DNA of 64,000 nt, from contig JBJHCZ010000004.1 in NCBI GenBank assembly GCA_050486285.1, positions 88,196 to 152,195 on the forward strand. Reading direction: 5' to 3'. The notes below the pieces were generated by a model, which did not search any database, was not told where the DNA came from, and saw nothing but the letters and a program-made list of their open reading frames with translations. Below, one piece after another: positions 14,507 through 24,208 of this stretch; the first letter of the stretch is position 1; the number at the start of each line of letters is the position of its first letter. The DNA is from Chromatiales bacterium. Its GTDB lineage: Bacteria; Pseudomonadota; Gammaproteobacteria; SZUA-140. A program made the position numbers and the translations under genes.

Positions 14507-15853
14507 TTGAATACGTCTGGCCCGCGGACCATCGGCCTCGGCGAGGCCTTCAGCGTCTGGCTGCGCATCGGCCTGCTGAGCTTCGGCGGTCCCGCCGGCC
14601 AGATCGCGCTGATGCAACGGATACTGATCGACGAGAAGCGCTGGCTCAGCGAGCGCCGTTTCCTGCATGCGCTGAACTACTGCATGCTGCTGCCCGGCCC
14701 GGAGGCGATCCAGCTCGCGATCTACATCGGCTGGATGATGCATCGCACGATCGGCGGGTTGATGGCGGGCCTGCTGTTCCTGCTGCCGGGCGTCGTCGCG
14801 CTGATGATCCTGAGCCTGGTCTATGCGCTGGCCGGCGACGTGCCGCTGGTCGAGGCGCTGTTCTTCGGCATCAAGGCGGCGGTGCTCGCGATCGTGATCG
14901 CGGCCGTGATCAAGGTCGCGCGAAAGGCGCTCGGTACACCGGTGCGTTACGGCATCGCCGCCGCGGCCTTTGTCGCGCTGTTTGCATTCGGCGTGCCGTT
15001 TCCGCTGGTGGTGTTGACGGCGGCCGTGGTCGGCTTTCTGGGCGGCTGGCAGCAGTGGCGCGGCTTTGAGCCGCCGAGTCACGGCAAGGCCGGGGACCAC
15101 ATCGACGAATCACACCTCGACACTGCTGCGCCCGGGCGGTGGTATCCGCTGCGCGTGCTCGCGGTCTGGCTGCCGCTGTGGATCCTGCCGACCGCGCTGT
15201 CCGCGTGGGCGCTCGGCCTGCACCATGTGTTCACGCAGACCGGCCTGTTCTTCAGCAAGCTTGCGCTGGTGACCTTCGGCGGGGCGTACGCGGTGTTGAG
15301 CTACATGGCGCAGCAGGCGGTCGAGCATCATGGCTGGGTCAGCGCCGGCGAGATGATGGACGGTCTCGGCCTCGCCGAGACGACGCCGGGGCCGCTGATC
15401 ATGGTCGTGCAGTTCGTCGGCTTCCTCGCCGGCTTTCGCGAGGGCGGCTTCGACCCGATCCTCGGCGCGGTGCTCTGCGGACTGCTCGCGACCTGGGCGA
15501 CCTTCGTGCCGAGCTTCCTGTTCATCTTCCTCGGCGCGCCGTATGTCGAGCAACTGCGCGGCCGACCCGCGCTCGGTGGCGCGCTCTCGGCGATCACCGC
15601 GGCGGTCGTCGGCGTGATCCTGAACCTTGCGCTGTGGTTCGGCATGCACGTCGTGTTCACCGAGGTCGGGAAGGTCGAGGCCGGCATCATCGATACGACG
15701 CTGCCGTCATTCGCGAGTATCGATGTGCTCGCGCTTGCGCTGGTGCTGTTCGCGCTGGTCTGCCAGTTCCTGCTCAGGCTCGGGCTGCTGGCGACACTGG
15801 GGCTGTGCGCGCTGGCCGGGGTGGGGCTGTGGGGGATCGGGCTGATTGCCTGA
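14507..15853 (+). CDS. chrA: chromate efflux transporter (CHR family, fused two-domain form)
   Basis: 448 aa; two homologous CHR halves (LSFGGPAGQIALM... and ...LVTFGGAYAVLSYM...), ~12 TM. Confidence 0.85.
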   Translation: MNTSGPRTIGLGEAFSVWLRIGLLSFGGPAGQIALMQRILIDEKRWLSERRFLHALNYCMLLPGPEAIQLAIYIGWMMHRTIGGLMAGLLFLLPGVVALMILSLVYALAGDVPLVEALFFGIKAAVLAIVIAAVIKVARKALGTPVRYGIAAAAFVALFAFGVPFPLVVLTAAVVGFLGGWQQWRGFEPPSHGKAGDHIDESHLDTAAPGRWYPLRVLAVWLPLWILPTALSAWALGLHHVFTQTGLFFSKLALVTFGGAYAVLSYMAQQAVEHHGWVSAGEMMDGLGLAETTPGPLIMVVQFVGFLAGFREGGFDPILGAVLCGLLATWATFVPSFLFIFLGAPYVEQLRGRPALGGALSAITAAVVGVILNLALWFGMHVVFTEVGKVEAGIIDTTLPSFASIDVLALALVLFALVCQFLLRLGLLATLGLCALAGVGLWGIGLIA

Positions 15854-16177
15854 AGATCAAGGAGGAATTCCGCGAACCCTTTCCATTGCCCGAAAGCCGA
15901 ACGCCGCCGACCGGCGAGCAAGCCGTCCTGCTCCACTGACGCCCTGAACCCACAGATTGGCTGACGATGCTGCGACCGGTAACGTGGCAGGGTTCCGTTC
16001 GGCAGCGCGGTCAGGCGGGGTGGTATTTCAGGAAGAAGTGGCTCGAGTCTGGGGTGCCGGGAGCGGAATTCAGGGCGGATTCCACGGCATCGAGTGGTTA
16101 CCGTGCCCACCGTGCCAGGCATCGGCGGTGAAGGACCGCTGGATGTGGTCAAGATGGGTGTTTATTCTTCCTTATAC
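15849..16177 (+). mobile_element. IS91-family element 3-prime end fragment (last ~10 codons of transposase-like ORF plus ~230 bp end region terminating in oriIS-like GGGTGTTTATTCTTCCTTATAC); direct repeat of 25036-25441
   Basis: ~80-90% identical by eye to 25150-25438, same orientation; C-terminal peptide ...LKIKEEFREPFPLPESRTPPTGEQAVLLH resembles the IS91/ISCR transposase C-terminus; terminal TTTATTCTTCCTTATAC resembles the IS91/ISCR oriIS end as I remember it. Confidence 0.6.
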
Positions 16178-16693
16178 TCCGAGTACCGCCTTCGGCCGCG
16201 GCAGCGTTGCGCCGAGCGCGGCCCAGGCACGGGTCCAGTCGTTGTCCTCAAGCGCGTTCATCGGATTGCCGTGACCGAGGAATAGCGCCGGCATGCCCAT
16301 CGTCACGACAATGCGGGCGCTCCTGCCGGACAGCAGCTTTTTGTCCATCATCCCGGGACCGGATTTCGCTAATGCGAATCCCGGCCGCATCGTCTGCTCG
16401 AGGAAACCCTTGAGCAGGGCGGGCATCGAGCCCAGCCACAGCGGATAGAGGATCACCAGGTGGTCAGCCCACGCGATGACCTGCTGGGCATCCCTGATTC
16501 CCGGCGGCGGGTTGCCATCAGACCAGTCATCCTGGGTGCGCAGCAGCGGGAATTCGAGCCTGGCGACGTCGATGATCCGGCATTCATGACCGCCCTGCGC
16601 AGCGCCCTCCCGGTAGGCCACCGCAAGCGCATGCCCGAAGCGATTGCCTTGCGGATCAGGATGACCCTGAATAACCGCTATGCGTTTGCCCAT
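16172..16693 (-). CDS. flavodoxin-like NAD(P)H-dependent oxidoreductase (NAD(P)H dehydrogenase (quinone) / YwrO-MdaB-KefF-like)
   Basis: 173 aa; MGKRIAVIQGHPD..., ...ADHLVILYPLWLGSMPALLKGFLEQ... typical of Flavodoxin_2 family; stop codon lies inside the IS91-like terminal sequence. Confidence 0.7.
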   Translation of the reverse strand: MGKRIAVIQGHPDPQGNRFGHALAVAYREGAAQGGHECRIIDVARLEFPLLRTQDDWSDGNPPPGIRDAQQVIAWADHLVILYPLWLGSMPALLKGFLEQTMRPGFALAKSGPGMMDKKLLSGRSARIVVTMGMPALFLGHGNPMNALEDNDWTRAWAALGATLPRPKAVLGV

Positions 16694-16725
16694 GGCGATC
16701 GTTCCCTGACATGAACACCGTTGAC

Positions 16726-18711
16726 TTACTCATTGAGACGGTAGGAGCTGTGCTCGTAGCTGTACGGCCCGAATAGCGCGTGAGCAAGGGCGGTGTCAAT
16801 TAGTGTGTTGTCCGGATGCGCAACTTCACTGTATGTCCCGTTACTGTATTTGTAATGATGCGGTGGCAGATCCTTCTGGAGGATGACAACGTCTTCACCG
16901 GACATATAAGCCTGCACGTTATTGTACTGCATGATCGCGCGGCCGTCTGATCTACTCCAGTCGTTCATTGTCAGGTCATGACCGATCATTGGATGCTCCG
17001 ATTTGATTCCCATGATCGACAACAGGGTCGGCAGCATATCAATTTGACTGGCGATGTTGCCATAGACGCGTGGACTGATACCGGCGCCGAGTATCAGACC
17101 CGGGATGCGAAAATGCTCGATCGGTACGTTACTGGATCCGTAGACACGGTCATTATGGTCTGCGATCACCAGAAAAATGGTGTTTTCGTAGTATGAAGAG
17201 TTCTTCGCCTTGTCAAAGAATCCCCCCAATGCGTGGTCCGCGTATTTGACCGCGTTATTGACAGTCTGCCTGTCAGCATCGAACAATTCTATTCTGTTAT
17301 CGGGATAGTCATAAGGTGAATGATTGGATGTCGAAAAGGCCAGGGTGAATGACGGCTGGCCATCGTCTTTCGATAAAACTTCATGCAACTTGTTGAACAG
17401 ATCCTCATCAGAAACACCCCAGGATCCCATATGGACGGGGTTGTCAAAATCGTTCTGATCAATGATTTCATCAAATCCGTTACCGACAAAAAACCGTCTC
17501 ATGTTGTCAAAATGACTTTCCCCGCCATACAGAAACCGGCTTTTATACCCTTCATTTTTCAGCAGCCGGGCCACCGTATAAAAACCACGTTGTGATTTTG
17601 GCAGCTTGACGACGCTGATGCTGGCGGTAGGTGGAAACCCGGTAATCACCGCCTCGATACCGCGCACCGAGCGTGTTCCGGTGGCATACAGGTTTTCAAA
17701 CCAGATCCCCTCATTGGCAAGCGCATCCAGTCTGGGTGTCAGGGGCAGGCCTCCCAGCCGGCCAACACGCTCAGCGCCAAGGCTTTCCTCGAGAATGATC
17801 ACCAGGTTGGGTTTACGCACACGGGAAACCGTTGGCAGTTGCGTGTGCAGCGTTGGAATATCGCCGGGCAAGAATGCGCCGGCTGGTATGTTCATGTGAT
17901 TCCTGACGGTCTCCAGCATGACATCATCGGCCATAAAGCCATAGCGAAACCCGCCATGTTTCTCTTCCTTGGTCTCGTAAATGGCGTACAACAGGGAGTA
18001 GGTGGAATTCAATGCGAGATCATTGACCATGAGGTCAGAGGTGATCGCCGCCTTACTGGGATTGGCAGGTCGATGATCGAGGGTTGATCTGGCAGCGGCA
18101 AACAACAGGACAATGACCAGGGGGGTCGCCAGCAGCGCCTGCCACCAGGTGTATCGCGCGCTGGCACTTGCAACCCTGGCCATGGCCATCCAGAAAAATA
18201 TCACGATGGCAGGCAGGACAATTACTGCCAGCAGGAGTTCAAATCTGTATGCGCCCCACAGTGTCGCGCCCACTTCCAGCGGATATTTCAGGTACTCGAC
18301 AAACAGGATGTTGGGCCTTGCATCGTATTGATGGATAAAGCTCGGAGTAGCCAGCTCCATGAAGACCATGAAACCGAAGCAGGCTACCAGCACCATCCGC
18401 AGGGCACGTTGCCAAAGTCGATGAGTCATGCGATGTAACGACATGAGTGGCGTCAGCATGGCGGGTAATATCAGGAGCTGGCCGATGAGGATCAGATCGA
18501 AGCGCAGGCCGGTCAGCAAGATCCGGGCAAGCGCTTCGGTATTCAGTACCCGGTCGAGTTGCCATAGCACCAGGCCAAGCCTCGATAAAGTCAGTAATGC
18601 CAGCGTCGCCAGAATAAATACAACGAACGGTACCATGGGGCCGGCAAGGGCGCGCAGCATGGTCCCGTTCTTTTCAGGGAAATATTTCGGTGTTTCTGTT
18701 ATCGCGTGCAT
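16726..18711 (-). CDS. LTA-synthase/phosphoglycerol-transferase family protein (N-terminal multi-TM domain plus extracytoplasmic sulfatase-fold domain; OpgB/MdoB- or LtaS-like)
   Basis: 661 aa; ~5 N-terminal TM helices then sulfatase-like domain; lower-GC codon usage than flanks. Confidence 0.75.
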   Translation of the reverse strand: MHAITETPKYFPEKNGTMLRALAGPMVPFVVFILATLALLTLSRLGLVLWQLDRVLNTEALARILLTGLRFDLILIGQLLILPAMLTPLMSLHRMTHRLWQRALRMVLVACFGFMVFMELATPSFIHQYDARPNILFVEYLKYPLEVGATLWGAYRFELLLAVIVLPAIVIFFWMAMARVASASARYTWWQALLATPLVIVLLFAAARSTLDHRPANPSKAAITSDLMVNDLALNSTYSLLYAIYETKEEKHGGFRYGFMADDVMLETVRNHMNIPAGAFLPGDIPTLHTQLPTVSRVRKPNLVIILEESLGAERVGRLGGLPLTPRLDALANEGIWFENLYATGTRSVRGIEAVITGFPPTASISVVKLPKSQRGFYTVARLLKNEGYKSRFLYGGESHFDNMRRFFVGNGFDEIIDQNDFDNPVHMGSWGVSDEDLFNKLHEVLSKDDGQPSFTLAFSTSNHSPYDYPDNRIELFDADRQTVNNAVKYADHALGGFFDKAKNSSYYENTIFLVIADHNDRVYGSSNVPIEHFRIPGLILGAGISPRVYGNIASQIDMLPTLLSIMGIKSEHPMIGHDLTMNDWSRSDGRAIMQYNNVQAYMSGEDVVILQKDLPPHHYKYSNGTYSEVAHPDNTLIDTALAHALFGPYSYEHSSYRLNE

Positions 18712-18721
18712 GTGAATCTGC

Positions 18722-19084
18722 CTACTTGAAAATGATTATTGCCCATATGACAACGACGTTTATCAGGCTGATAAAGACCGCTGCGGATCCCATATCCTTT
18801 GCGCGACCTGACAGCTCATGATGTTCAGGTCCGATCCGATCCACGATGGCTTCAACGGCCGAGTTCATCAGTTCAGTAATGATTACCAGCACCAGTGATG
18901 CGATAAGGATTGCGCGTTCAACATTGGTATCTCCCAGCCAGAGTGCAGCAGGCACCAACAGCAGGGCCAGCACCGCCTCCTGACGGAAAGCCGCCTCATT
19001 CCTGTAAGCAGAAGTCAAACCTTTCAGGGAATAACCCGCTGCGCTGATGATGCGTTTGTATCCTGTTTCCCCTTGCCTGGACAT
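18722..19084 (-). CDS. dgkA: diacylglycerol kinase
   Basis: Internal start MSRQGETGYKRIISAAGYSLKGL...; 120 aa; classic DgkA 3-TM pattern (NEAAFRQE, IITELMNSAVE). Confidence 0.85.
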   Translation of the reverse strand: MSRQGETGYKRIISAAGYSLKGLTSAYRNEAAFRQEAVLALLLVPAALWLGDTNVERAILIASLVLVIITELMNSAVEAIVDRIGPEHHELSGRAKDMGSAAVFISLINVVVIWAIIIFK

Positions 19085-19312
19085 GGCCGATGAAGGCGGC
19101 TCCTGACTGATCGATGAATAACGTGGGCGCATTCTATACAAGCGTAAAGTATGCATAGAAGACAGTTGACAGCGGAGTAAGTTCGTCAGTCATTGCACAC
19201 AGCGGAACTGAAGCCGGGACATCAGTAGCGGCGTGGCGCGTGAATACAGCCGGAATGACGCCGAACGGCCGACTCCCCCTGCTTATGTGACTGAAAAATA
19301 TGACGATGACGC

Positions 19313-19978
19313 TTATTTCTCCGGCAATGGAATCGACTCGGTCTCACTAGGCACCATCGCAAATCGCCCCGACTTCCAGTCAGTCTTCGCCTGCTCCAGG
19401 CGAACGCGCGAACTCGATACGAAGTTCCACCAGATATGGCGCGGGCCATCCATCGGTTCGCCGCCAAGCAGCATCAGGCGCGCCGCCCCGGCGGTCGCCG
19501 TCAGGCCTATCACCGCGCCGAGGCGGAACACGACGAGGCGGCCGGCCCCGAAACTGCTGCGTCCCGGCATCACATCGACGGTGCCGTCGAGTACGAACAT
19601 CGCCCGCTCCGCGTGTTCGACCGGCAACGACAGGCTCGCGCCCGCGGCGAGATCGACATCGGCATAAAACGTTTCCGAGATGGTCCCGACCGGCGAGACT
19701 GCGCCGGGCCGGATCGGCTGCACAAAGCCGAGGCTGTCGCGGTGCAGGATCTCTCCGGAGAATAGAGACGAGATAGAAGTTATCGAGCAGCCACTCTCCA
19801 GCGGGGTGATACGGTATAGTGCGGCGACAGCCGCTGTCCGGATTCTGCCGGTTTCGATCAGAACCGCTTCGTTATCTGTGAGCCGTCCCAGCAGGAGCCC
19901 GGGATACTTGCCTGTAGTGATGCGATGAGCCGTCGCGAGTCGAGCGCCGTGTTGCTTCATCTGCTCGGTGCCGAACAA
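19313..19978 (-). CDS. pirin-like cupin protein (possibly N-terminally short/atypical)
   Basis: C-terminal ...HIWWNFVSSSRVRLEQAKTDWKSGRF... matches the bacterial pirin C-terminal motif as I recall it; canonical N-terminal HPHRG metal motif not seen. Confidence 0.5.
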   Translation of the reverse strand: MFGTEQMKQHGARLATAHRITTGKYPGLLLGRLTDNEAVLIETGRIRTAAVAALYRITPLESGCSITSISSLFSGEILHRDSLGFVQPIRPGAVSPVGTISETFYADVDLAAGASLSLPVEHAERAMFVLDGTVDVMPGRSSFGAGRLVVFRLGAVIGLTATAGAARLMLLGGEPMDGPRHIWWNFVSSSRVRLEQAKTDWKSGRFAMVPSETESIPLPEK

Positions 19979-20197
19979 CTCGGTCCGCAGCGGCGACTCG
20001 CTGCCAAACGATTTATCTGTCAGGCCATTTCCGCCTCGATGTGGTGCAGCGGAAACCGCACCAGCAGCCCGTCCTCGCCATAGTTGACTGGCGCCAACAA
20101 GGCTTCGTGACAGAAAGGTGGATAATTAGTCCTGTGCTGAATGCACCCGGGGTGACGCCCATGCAAGCGACTGCCTGTAGTCGCGCATATCCCGGTA

Positions 20198-20356
20198 TCA
20201 AATCCTTCCCATGATAAGAAGGACAAGTAGCACGATCAAAATGACACCGACAATTCCGCTCGGCGCATAGCCCCAATTGTTGCTGTGATTCCAGACGGGA
20301 ATAACGCCCAGAAGAAGCAGAACCAGGACAATCAACAGGATTGTCGAAAGCGACAT
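20198..20356 (-). CDS. DUF3309 small membrane protein
   Basis: 52 aa: MSLSTILLIVLVLLLLGVIPVWNHSNNWGYAPSGIVGVILIVLLVLLIMGRI (two TM, WGY motif). Confidence 0.6.
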   Translation of the reverse strand: MSLSTILLIVLVLLLLGVIPVWNHSNNWGYAPSGIVGVILIVLLVLLIMGRI

Positions 20357-20479
20357 GACGGTATGCCCTCGAAGATAGAGAAGCTCCACAGTATCCGGTG
20401 TCGATTGCATGATCCGTGCGCTAGCGTACCGTCGGGGTAGCGTGATTCGGATAGTTTGTGACTTTATCGAGGGATCATC

Positions 20480-20704
20480 ATGGGCACATCTCGAATTGCA
20501 GCCGTTGTTCTGATACTGGTTGGCGTGCTCGCACTGGCGTATGGCGGATTCACCTACACCAGCGACACGCACGAGGCCAGGGTAGGATCGCTCAGCATGT
20601 CGGTCGATGAGCGGAAGCGCGTCAATATACCGGTATGGGCCGGCGCGGGCGCTGTCGTGGCCGGTGGCCTGCTGTTCCTGTTTTCCGGGCATCGTCGGCG
20701 ATAG
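20480..20704 (+). CDS. small two-TM membrane protein, unknown function
   Basis: 74 aa; hydrophobic N- and C-terminal segments flanking a polar loop. Confidence 0.35.
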   Translation: MGTSRIAAVVLILVGVLALAYGGFTYTSDTHEARVGSLSMSVDERKRVNIPVWAGAGAVVAGGLLFLFSGHRRR

Positions 20705-20787
20705 CGGCGAGTCAGTCCCGTGACAGCGAGCTGTGCCTGTCGCTGCTGTTTCCATTTTCACTAAACCTCAATAAATGGAGAAACGTT

Positions 20788-21189
20788 ATGCACGAATCAA
20801 CCAGAAGTCGTCTTGCGTGGCGCGTCTGTATGCCAGCAATCGCAACCTTGACCGTCATGCTGCTGAGTGCGTGCGGATCTGCACCCGTAGCGCCCACCGA
20901 ATCCCTCGCAGCTGCCCGTGACGCTATCGCCAACGCGGAACAGTCGGATGCGCGGCAGTTTTCCGGCGCCGAACTCGACGAAGCTCGCCATCAACTTGAA
21001 CAGGCGGAAGCAGCCGTCAGCGCCGAGAATATGATCGAAGCGGATCGACATGCCAAACAGTCACGTGTCGTCGCCGAACTTGCCTCGGAAAGGGCTGCTA
21101 CGGCCAAGGCTACTGAAATCAACCGGCAGATGGGCAGGGACGCCGAAGCCCTGAGAGAGGAAATGAAGCGTACAGGAGATCAGCAATGA
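20788..21189 (+). CDS. DUF4398-type lipoprotein
   Basis: GGAG RBS; lipobox LLSAC; alpha-helical acidic body (ESLAAARDAIANAEQSDARQFSGAELDEARHQLEQAEAA...) typical of DUF4398 proteins that precede OmpA-family genes. Confidence 0.6.
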   Translation: MHESTRSRLAWRVCMPAIATLTVMLLSACGSAPVAPTESLAAARDAIANAEQSDARQFSGAELDEARHQLEQAEAAVSAENMIEADRHAKQSRVVAELASERAATAKATEINRQMGRDAEALREEMKRTGDQQ

Positions 21190-22172
21190 ACCGGATAAAT
21201 TACACACAGACGCTGCGTGGCAGTGCTTTCACAGCAGTCATCATCGCTACTTTCACGCTTGGCGCATGCGCCAGTGCGCCGACCAGCCCCCAGGGTTCAG
21301 CAGAAGTCCGCAGCAAGTTGACTGCGTTGCAGAACGATCCTGAGCTGGCCCCGCGGGCAAGGGTACAAATCCGCGAGGCAGAGGCTGCGGTACGTGAGGC
21401 GGAAGAACCCATTTCAAGGAAAGTCGCAAAGAAAGACGAAGGCCTCGGCGAGCATCGCGTCTTCATGGCGGATCGCAGGGTGGAGATCGCGAGGGCCGTA
21501 GCCGTCAGACAGTTGGCCGAGGATCAGCGCAAGCGGCTCGGAGAAGAGCGTGATCAGGCGCGCCTGCAGGCGCGTACGATCGAAGCGGACAGGGCGCGCA
21601 GCGATGCCGAACGTGCGCGCGCAGAGACAGGGAGAGCGCAAAGTGAAGCAGAGGCAGCTCGCCTGGCAAGGGCGGAGTCCTCGGCTGAATCACAGCGAAT
21701 GGCGACGCAGGCCTCTGAAGAAGCCGCACGCCACGCAGCAGAATTACAGGGGCAGATCGATGCCTTGCAGGCAGAGGCGACCGACCGCGGTCTGGTAGTA
21801 ACGCTGGGAGACGTGTTGTTTGCCACCGGTAGCTCCGAGTTGCAACCAGGGCCCAACAGTAACCTGAACAAACTGGTGAGCTTTCTCAAGAAGTACCCCG
21901 ATCAACGTGTACTGATTGAAGGGCATACCGACAGCGTCGGTAGCGCCGATTTCAATATGGCACTGTCGCAGCGTCGCGCGGAGGCCGTCAGAAACTATCT
22001 GACACGAGAGGGTGTCGCATCGCAACGGCTGACCACCTCGGGGATGGGCATGGATCACCCGGTTGCAAGCAACGCCACGGCTACCGGCCGCTTGCAGAAC
22101 CGCCGTGTCGAGATCGTCATCGAGAGACCTCAGCTGAAGTCGCCTCAGGCGACCACTGGATTCCGTCAGTAG
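21186..22172 (+). CDS. OmpA-family lipoprotein with long coiled-coil region and C-terminal OmpA/peptidoglycan-binding domain
   Basis: 328 aa; lipobox LGAC; coiled-coil (QRKRLGEERDQARLQARTIEADRARSDAERARAE...); OmpA-C motifs (NSNLNKLVSFLKKYPDQRVLIEGHTDSVGS...NMALSQRRAEAV...RRVEIV); ATGA overlap with upstream gene. Confidence 0.8.
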   Translation: MNRINYTQTLRGSAFTAVIIATFTLGACASAPTSPQGSAEVRSKLTALQNDPELAPRARVQIREAEAAVREAEEPISRKVAKKDEGLGEHRVFMADRRVEIARAVAVRQLAEDQRKRLGEERDQARLQARTIEADRARSDAERARAETGRAQSEAEAARLARAESSAESQRMATQASEEAARHAAELQGQIDALQAEATDRGLVVTLGDVLFATGSSELQPGPNSNLNKLVSFLKKYPDQRVLIEGHTDSVGSADFNMALSQRRAEAVRNYLTREGVASQRLTTSGMGMDHPVASNATATGRLQNRRVEIVIERPQLKSPQATTGFRQ

Positions 22173-22347
22173 TTTCACGCTGATTGCGGAGGCGGCTGAG
22201 ACCGGGCAGTCGAATGGCGATGACAACGTGCTTGCATTATGAGATCTGACCGGAACACACGCAGAGGAAAAATCAGGGAATCATGAATAAGGCTACGTGC
22301 CTGTTATCTGTCTGTTCGATTATCTACCTCCATGGAGTGATACTTAC

Positions 22348-22941
22348 ATGAAAATATATCTGCCCGGAAATACCATGGTTGCCACGACTATTGTAGTCCT
22401 GCTCACGCTCGGTATTGCAGCCTGTGACAATTCCTCCGATGAAACCCGGTCAGAGTCACGCAGCGACAGCATGACTGCGGCTATCTCTGACGCAGCCATG
22501 ACCGCTCAGGTCAAGGCGAAACTGGCGACCGCAGGCGATTTGAAGAGTTCCGATATCAGCGTCTCAACGGCCAATGGCGTGGTTACGCTTGAAGGTACAG
22601 TGGCCAATGCAGACGCCAAAGCCCGTGCGGAGCAGGTGGCCAATTCTGTCGATGGTGTCAGGAGCATAAGGAATAACCTGCACGCCGGCTCAGGGGGCAT
22701 CAGCATGGCAGGCGCAGAGCGGGTCATGTCCGATAGCTGGATCACCACCAAGGTGAAATCCGAGTTGCTGGCCGATAGCCTGAGCAAGGGTTTCGAAGTC
22801 AATGTCGAAACCAGACAAGGCGTAGTAGCCCTGTCAGGTGAAATGAAGGATCAGGCAGCCGTCGATCATGTTACGGAGATTGCCGAGGGCGTAGAGGGCG
22901 TCAAGAATGTCGATACATCGGGATTGACAGTCAGCGACTGA
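22348..22941 (+). CDS. OsmY-like periplasmic lipoprotein with two BON domains
   Basis: Lipobox LGIAAC; two BON repeats (ISVSTANGVVTLEGTVANADAKARAEQVANSVDGVRSI / VNVETRQGVVALSGEMKDQAAVDHVTEIAEGVEGVKNV). Confidence 0.8.
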   Translation: MKIYLPGNTMVATTIVVLLTLGIAACDNSSDETRSESRSDSMTAAISDAAMTAQVKAKLATAGDLKSSDISVSTANGVVTLEGTVANADAKARAEQVANSVDGVRSIRNNLHAGSGGISMAGAERVMSDSWITTKVKSELLADSLSKGFEVNVETRQGVVALSGEMKDQAAVDHVTEIAEGVEGVKNVDTSGLTVSD

Positions 22942-23204
22942 AATCGTGCGCAGCAGTGGCAGTCGAGGTCTCTTTATGAGGCCCCGTTATTTTCTTCCCC
23001 TCATCGACGGATTAATGACAGTAACGCTGACATAGAAAAATTTAATGCAGCGGATTAAACGAGCAACCGAGCGCAACCTGAAGGATGCGGCTTCGTTCAT
23101 CAAGGAATGATCAAGGACAGGGTATGAGCTGTCGTGAATAAAATCTGGCGGCAGGGGGCAAAAACCCCTTGCCACACGCTTTATCAACTCTGATTGGAGG
23201 CATC

Positions 23205-23387
23205 ATGAATAATCAGAACCAGGTAAAGGGCCGTGCCCGCGCTGTAAAGGGCAAGGGCAAGGAAATCGCCGGCAAGCTGGTTGGTAACCGGCGTCTGGAA
23301 TTGAAAGGAAAATTGCAGAAAGCCGCCGGTAAAGCGCAAGCGGAAGCCGGTGATCTTCAGGAGGACATCGAGGAGAAGACAAGATGA
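23205..23387 (+). CDS. CsbD-family general stress protein
   Basis: GGAGG RBS; 60 aa MNNQNQVKGRARAVKGKGKEIAGKLVGNRRLELKGKLQKAAGKAQ... typical CsbD/YjbJ. Confidence 0.75.
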   Translation: MNNQNQVKGRARAVKGKGKEIAGKLVGNRRLELKGKLQKAAGKAQAEAGDLQEDIEEKTR

Positions 23388-23782
23388 ACTATGTATTGCC
23401 CGAAACCTCTGCACGCAGGTCATTGCACGAGATTATCCCCGGGCAGATCATGATGAGCATAGACGCCTTTATCGGAGACAACGTCTATAACCCCAAGGGC
23501 GAACGCCTGGGTAATATCCAGGACATCGTCCTCGACATTCAGAGCAACAAGCTGCGTTATGCCATTGTATCGTCGGGAGGCTTCCTCGGTATGGGCAGGC
23601 GGCTGCTGGCGGTGCCGTGGAATGCGCTGGATCTGGACCCGGACAACGGGAAAATTCTGCTCAATCTGGAGGCCACGCAGATCAGCAACGCACCCGGGTT
23701 TGACAGAAATCATTGGCCCAACATGAGCGACAGTGCCTGGGCAGCCAGTATCCATTCCTATTACGGGACCAGCCAGGATTGA
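23384..23782 (+). CDS. PRC-barrel domain protein
   Basis: ATGA overlap with csbD-like gene; VYNPKGERLGNIQDIVLDIQSNKLRYAIVSSGGFLGMGRRLLAVPWNAL matches PRC-barrel pattern. Confidence 0.7.
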   Translation: MNYVLPETSARRSLHEIIPGQIMMSIDAFIGDNVYNPKGERLGNIQDIVLDIQSNKLRYAIVSSGGFLGMGRRLLAVPWNALDLDPDNGKILLNLEATQISNAPGFDRNHWPNMSDSAWAASIHSYYGTSQD

Positions 23783-23852
23783 ACGGGCGTGGATGTATCC
23801 CACCCTGCCATGCGCACTCTATGGCGCAGTTTATCAAACAGGAGATCTACCA

Positions 23853-24194
23853 ATGAGTAAAGCAACAGATACCATTACGGGAAACTCGGGTCCGGGATCG
23901 CATGTTCTCGAGAAGGGCGTCGATCGCCTGGCGAAGGGCGCCCATAATCGAATTGATTCCGCATCCGATGCCGCGGGCCCGGCGATCGATCGCATGACCT
24001 CCCGCGCGCATAATGCAGTAAACAAGGCGGATGAAGTAGCGACGCAGGCGGCCGTGGCGATCGAAGCGTTTGGCGTCAAGACTGAAGAACTGGCCGCCAC
24101 CGGTGTGAATTATATGCGCAAGCATCCGCTGCTTTCACTGAGTCTGGCGGTCGCTGCCGGCTATGTACTGAGTCGTCTGCTGGCGTCCCGCTGA
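23853..24194 (+). CDS. DUF883 family membrane-anchored stress protein (ElaB/YqjD/YgaM-like)
   Basis: Internal start MSKATDTI with GGAG RBS; helical N-part, C-terminal anchor ...YMRKHPLLSLSLAVAAGYVLSRLLASR typical of YqjD/ElaB. Confidence 0.75.
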   Translation: MSKATDTITGNSGPGSHVLEKGVDRLAKGAHNRIDSASDAAGPAIDRMTSRAHNAVNKADEVATQAAVAIEAFGVKTEELAATGVNYMRKHPLLSLSLAVAAGYVLSRLLASR

Positions 24195-24208
24195 CAGACG
24201 CGCCGATT

